A stretch of DNA of 64,000 nt from the sequence record OP172792. One strand, written 5' to 3'. A program made the translations under genes and the position numbers. Position 1 is the stretch's first letter; the number at the start of each line of letters is the position of its first letter. Positions 63,124-64,000 of this stretch are shown in pieces. Below the pieces are notes generated by a model. That model saw nothing but the letters and a program-made list of their open reading frames with translations. It was not told where the DNA came from and did not search any database. This DNA comes from Escherichia phage ECO340P2.

Positions 63124-63459
63124 TTACCCCTTATTCTGTGTACGTTTAACTATGTCATCTAGCATCATTTGGATAGTCGCATTCTTGAGGTCCATAATCT
63201 TTTCAATTTTTTGCTCAAGAGTGTTATTATTTGCCATTAATGTAGAGTTAATTTGATTTAGCATCTGGGTAAGTTCGGCTTTAGTTGCATAAGTTGATTC
63301 AACAAAGACCAACTTCTTCTCTAGCTCTCGACTTTTCTCCTCCATTTCCTCAAGATCAGAGCCGAATTTATCCATTTTTTGTTTGAAAAAGAACCAGATG
63401 ACTCCGATTAAAGGGATTATTGCATCCTTTGCAAGTCCCCATGCTTCTTGAAATTCCAT
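63124..63459 (-). CDS. membrane-anchored coiled-coil protein
   Basis: N-terminal TM segment then charged helical region. Confidence 0.5.
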   Translation of the reverse strand: MEFQEAWGLAKDAIIPLIGVIWFFFKQKMDKFGSDLEEMEEKSRELEKKLVFVESTYATKAELTQMLNQINSTLMANNNTLEQKIEKIMDLKNATIQMMLDDIVKRTQNKG

Positions 63460-63468
63460 AATGATCCC

Positions 63469-63960
63469 TTATTCCGTTGGTAATGTAGGCCAATCTATAG
63501 TGTAAGGATAGTCTTTTTGAAGCGGAACACGGTTTAGTTTAACCACATAAACTTGAAGATTTTTAAGATAAGCTAATTCATCTTCAGTAGCCATTTCTAA
63601 ATCTTTAGCATACTGTAAAGGTGTTATAAGTGCTACCGCTGTTTCTTGTAAAGAGCGAATTTTTGCACTAGCTTGTGTCATCAACTCTTCACGGGAATAC
63701 TCTTTATCCTTAAGAGTCAAAGTTTCTAAATCCAGAACCTTGTTTCTAATATCCTCAAAAGTGTCTATATTAAAGTCCACTTGTGCTATAGAAAGATCTT
63801 CAGGGCAAAGTAATGTAGGATCAGTGTTCCAAAACACAATACGATTTTGATCGTCAAAAACGACTTTCATTTTATCGTTATTGAATTCTGTGCTACGTAA
63901 ATCATACCAATCGTAACCTTGATCGCAACGAAGAAAAAGAATGTTCTCTACTTCTACCAA
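63469..63960 (-). CDS. hypothetical protein
   Basis: ORF upstream of tail-fibre genes. Confidence 0.5.
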   Translation of the reverse strand: MVEVENILFLRCDQGYDWYDLRSTEFNNDKMKVVFDDQNRIVFWNTDPTLLCPEDLSIAQVDFNIDTFEDIRNKVLDLETLTLKDKEYSREELMTQASAKIRSLQETAVALITPLQYAKDLEMATEDELAYLKNLQVYVVKLNRVPLQKDYPYTIDWPTLPTE

Positions 63961-64000
63961 TTCTTTTAGTTCGGGATCTTCGGGAATATATCTTTTAAAA

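Noticed and set aside
1-64000. tRNA or rRNA genes
   Set aside because: No intergenic gap of tRNA size contains a T-loop-like GTTCRANNC with matching acceptor stem; a tRNAscan run would be needed to be certain.

Overview
This window reads as a gene-dense stretch of a large virulent dsDNA phage genome (about 40% GC, sigma70-like TTGACA promoters, strong AGGAGG-type ribosome-binding sites, frequent GTG/TTG starts). All calls are from reading the sequence and motif recall; no database search was run. Layout: (1) 1-830 non-coding with clustered palindromes; (2) 0.9-11.6 kb, about 32 small leftward early genes, most with their own promoter followed by a conserved GC-rich leader hairpin (about 22 copies); (3) 11.6-13.0 kb, a GC-rich island with rightward promoters, six palindromic iteron-like sites and AT-rich direct repeats, a candidate replication origin; (4) 13.0-18.9 kb, a leftward operon with a NADAR-family protein, a Cys-rich zinc-ribbon protein and an AAA ATPase; (5) 19.0-55.2 kb, a long rightward operon with a DUF2829 (Tad2-like) protein, UvrD-like helicase, NrdD/NrdG, a HAD + PRTase + macro-domain trio, a Ter-like cluster (TerC, TelA-like, vWA, TerD), four glycosyltransferases, primase-helicase, N6-adenine methyltransferase, family A DNA polymerase with a putative intein, a CCA/poly(A)-type nucleotidyltransferase and an SSB-like protein; (6) 55.3-63.9 kb, leftward tail-fibre genes. 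The most interesting candidates are the phage-borne Ter-like module, the pairing of NADAR and macro-domain enzymes (possible counter-defence against ADP-ribosylation), the repeated promoter-leader hairpin module and the iteron-bearing origin-like region.
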